A DNA stretch of 64,000 nt from the human T2T-CHM13v2.0 reference genome, Homo sapiens: NCBI RefSeq assembly GCF_009914755.1, contig NC_060938.1, one strand, 5' to 3'. The first letter of the stretch is position 1; each line of letters begins with the position of its first letter. Position numbers and translations under genes: made by a program. The notes under the pieces are model-generated. The model searched no databases. It had not been told where the DNA came from and saw only the letters and a program-made list of their open reading frames with translations. Shown here piece by piece: positions 60,815 through 64,000 of the stretch.

Positions 60815-61138
60815 GGCCGGGCACAGTTGCTCACACCTGTAATCCCAGCACTCTGGGAGGCCGAGGTGGCCAGATCTCCTGAGGTCAAGAGTTGGAGACC
60901 AGCCTGGACAACATGGCGAAACGCTGTCTCTACTAAAAAATACAAAAATTAGCTGGGCATGGTGTCATGTGCCTGTAATCCCAGCTATTCAGGAGGCTGA
61001 GGCTGGAGAATCACTTGAACTCTGGAGGTAGAGGTTGCAGTGAGCTGAGATCATGCCACTGCACTCCAGCTTGGGTGACAGAGCAGGAATCCATCTCAAA
61101 AAATAAAAATAGAAAAATAAAAATAAAATAAAAATTAA
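60815..61138 (+). mobile_element. AluS SINE
   Basis: Full dimer; TSD AAATAAACAGTTTA (60801-60814 / 61139-61152). Confidence 0.92.
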
Positions 61139-61378
61139 AAATAAACAGTTTAAACGTCCAACACTAGTGACTTGGTAAAATAAAATTTAGTACATCCACA
61201 TAATGTAATGCTATTGTCAAATGAAGTTATTTATGGATATTTGTTGACATGAAGAAATGTTTGTGAATCATAATATATTAGTCAGTTGAAAGAAAGTTGC
61301 TGACATTATAAACTGATGTTTGGCTAAATTATAAGTACAGATGCACGCATATAGTACTATGGGTATATAACAGGGTTA

Positions 61379-61617
61379 GTATATATATATGTATATATGT
61401 GTATGTGTGTGTGTATATATATATATAGTGTGTGTGTATATGTATATATATAGTGTATATATATACACACATATATGTGTGTATATATAGTGTATATATA
61501 TAGTGTATATATGTGTATATAGTGTATATATATACACACATATGTGTATATATATGTGTATATATATACACATATATGAGTGTGTGTGTGTGTGTGTGTG
61601 TGTGTATTTATATATAT
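61379..61617 (+). repeat. Compound (TA)n/(TG)n/(TATG)n microsatellite
   Basis: About 240 bp of alternating purine-pyrimidine sequence. Confidence 0.95.
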
Positions 61618-61619
61618 GC

Positions 61620-62720
61620 TTTCTTGCTCTGCCAGCTGAAAAGCAATAACACCCCAGTAGCAACAAGCATGGCTAGGTACCAGAACTCGCTTTGTAATCC
61701 CATTTTCCAAGAAAATAAATCAGAGCTCTCTGGAGAAATGTCTGATTCTAGGGCTGGGACAAGGAATATACAAGATAGGTCTGGAGAAAGTTACAGTGCC
61801 AGAAAGTAAGCAAGTGCTCAAAAACAAAGAAAAAAACTCACAATGATGGGAGTATGTAAAAAGGAGGTAAGAGCCAATTGGAAACGTTCCGTTTGGCTAA
61901 AGCCAGAACAATTGGAGCAATAAAATAAAGTAGTACTGAGTAATAATCCAAGGTGTAAAACAAATATCGTGTGTCAATACTGATATAAATAAATGATTGA
62001 ATAAATAAATGGGGAGAATAGACAAATCTCCCATGCAGAAGAATTCCAAATAATTTACTTGGAGCATAAAGTGATAGAATGTAACTCCCTCCTCAAGTGT
62101 GGGCCATACACAGTGATGTCCTTCCAAAGAGCACAGTATGGAAAGGGGTAAGAAAGAGCAACTTTACAGTGGTAAAATCTGACAAACATGGCCTCAGTCA
62201 AGTGATCAAGGTTGACGTCAACAGTAGTAAGTCACGTTGACAGTATGAACCTTGATATGGTGTGAGGAGAAATGGCATGCTACCTATGGCGTCTTCTTCC
62301 CAAAAATGTATAACCTCAGTGTAATCATGAGGACATCATCAGACAAATCCCAATTGAGGGAAATTCTACAAAATACTGAAAGGGAGCTCTTTAAACTGTT
62401 AAGGTCATCAAAAACAAGGAAACTCTGAGAAATTGTTACAACCAAAAGGAGTCTAAAAAGACAGGATTAAATGTAATGTGGTATCCTGGCTAGAATTCTG
62501 GAACAAAAAAAAAATTAGGTAAAATTGAAGTAAATCTAATAAAGTATGAACTTTAGTTAATAACAATGTATCGATATTGGTCCATTAACTATGGCATGTG
62601 CTGCTGTAAGAAGTTAATAAGAAGCCACACTGGATAGGGATTTATGAGAACTCTGTGTACTCTCTTCACAACCTGCCCACAAATCCAAACTATTCCAAAA
62701 TTAAATTTCTTCTTTTAAAA
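61620..62720 (+). mobile_element. L1MC/L1MD-type 3' end
   Basis: AACACCCCAGTAGCAACAAGCA, GACAAATCCCAATTGAGGGAAATTCTACAAAATA, GAACTTTAGTTAATAACAATGTATC. Confidence 0.75.
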
Positions 62721-62849
62721 CTAAGTTTCATATGACTTGATTTTTGTTAAGGGAGGATTACAATTTTATGTATAGCTGTGTCATTATAGATATAGCTATA
62801 GACATGGATATAGATATATAGATATATAGAAATATAGAAAAGCATTTAG

Positions 62850-63000
62850 CTGTGCTGTCTAATACACAGCCATTACCTAGATATAGCTATTGAACACTTG
62901 GATTGTGGCTAATCCAAATTGAGAAGTGCTGTAAGTGTGAAATGTACAACAGATTTCAAAGATGTAATATGAAGAAAAGAATATAAACAATATCATTAAT
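62850..63000 (-). mobile_element. MER33-like hAT DNA transposon
   Basis: GTGCTGTCTAATAC..GCTATTGAACACTTG..TGTGGCTAATCCAAATTGAGAAGTGCTGTAAGTG. Confidence 0.7.
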
Positions 63001-63004
63001 GTTG

Positions 63005-63160
63005 TGTTTTGAGACAGGGTCTCATTCTTTTGTCCAGGCTGAAGTGAAGTAGTGCGATCACAGATCACTACAGCCTCGACCTCCCAGGCTCAAGCAATCC
63101 TCCCACCTCAGTCTCCCAAGTAGATGGAACTAAAAGTGTGCACTGCCACACCTAATTTTT
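63005..63160 (-). mobile_element. Alu monomer/AluJ fragment
   Basis: GAGACAGGGTCTC..CAGGCTCAAGCAATCCTCCCACCTCAG. Confidence 0.8.
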
Positions 63161-63889
63161 CCATTTTTATTTATTTTTTATTTCTAGGTTTACTCAAAAA
63201 CATTATTACTCAATTCATAAAATAGTAATTCAGTTAGCTGGTGCCTAAAGACTGAAAAAATTGTAATTTTCCAGGCATTTACAGTTTGGGGAACAAAAAA
63301 CATGAGACCTACTTGAAAAAATAGAGGCTAATAAATAATTAAGGATAAGGCTCTAAAAAATAACAGTATTGCAAGCTATTTTTAAAGAGAAAAATTTGAT
63401 AGCAAAATGTTTCTCTGACTTTGTAAATGCACAAGAAAGATCAACAGTTTTATCACTTGCAGAAAAGGCAATTAATGTAATAGAAAATGTGATGATAAAC
63501 TTCTAAGAAACTAAGTGCTTATGTCTATTTAACAATAGAAGTTTTACCTATTACCATTTACTATTCATGTGTCGACAGCAATCCCCTTCTCTCCCAACTA
63601 GGCCTTTCACAATTATGGAATATAGACATAAAATATTATTCCTAGATACATTTTACAAAATAAAAATGAGTAAATGGAAAAAAGGCAAGTTAAAGTAGTT
63701 ATATATATATATTGAAAAGTGGGTGAATAAACTGAATTACTTTCACTAAAATGACTATACAATAGTTAATGTATTTCTTATTTATACAAGGGGAAAACTG
63801 GATATAATATATCTTTAACATTACACAGTCATAGAAAAATGTTAACTTTAACCTGATAAAATCCTTTCCCCACATGTTTTACACTTTGG

Positions 63890-64000
63890 ATTTTCTTTCA
63901 ATGTTTATTTTGGATCCAGAGGGTACATGTTCATGTTTGTTACATGGATGTATTGCATGGTGCTGAGGATTGGGGTATGGATAATCCCATCACCCAGGTA
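63890..64000 (-). mobile_element. L1 3' end (L1PB/PA16-like), cut by the window edge
   Basis: TTTATTTTGGATCCAGAGGGTACATGTTCATGTTTGTTACATGG..CCCATCACCCAGGTA. Confidence 0.75.

Noticed and set aside
61329-61809. Y/I/H/T-rich ORFs
   Set aside because: Artefacts of the (TA)/(TG) microsatellite.

Overview
Human (primate) genomic DNA from the T-cell receptor alpha/delta (TRA/TRD) locus, at the 3' end of the V-alpha array. The + strand carries three intact two-exon V segments, each with a leader exon, GT-AG intron, V exon and 22/23-bp RSS: TRAV39 (9804-10303), TRAV40 (20240-20669) and TRAV41 (25938-26441). A clear TRAV pseudogene lies between TRAV39 and TRAV40 (17681-18163), and there is a candidate, much more decayed V relic with a 23-RSS-like signal at about 657-963. 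I recognised no further gene after TRAV41. The rest is spacer (expected to lead toward TRDV2) filled with Alu, L1, MaLR/ERV LTRs, MIR/L2 and DNA transposons, including a young AluYa5 and a full-length but dead L1PA4-6-type element with an open antisense ORF0. There are no prokaryotic-type systems (CRISPR etc.), and most ORFs in the supplied track are repeat-derived or chance. The best leads are the V relic at the window start, the self-complementary double-heptamer RSS of TRAV40, an orphan FOX/AP-1/CRE/TATA module at about 39.9 kb, CTCF-like motifs at V promoters plus one reverse site, the AluYa5, and the extended L1 ORF0. Repeat subfamily names come from recalled consensus sequences, and boundaries of old repeats are approximate.
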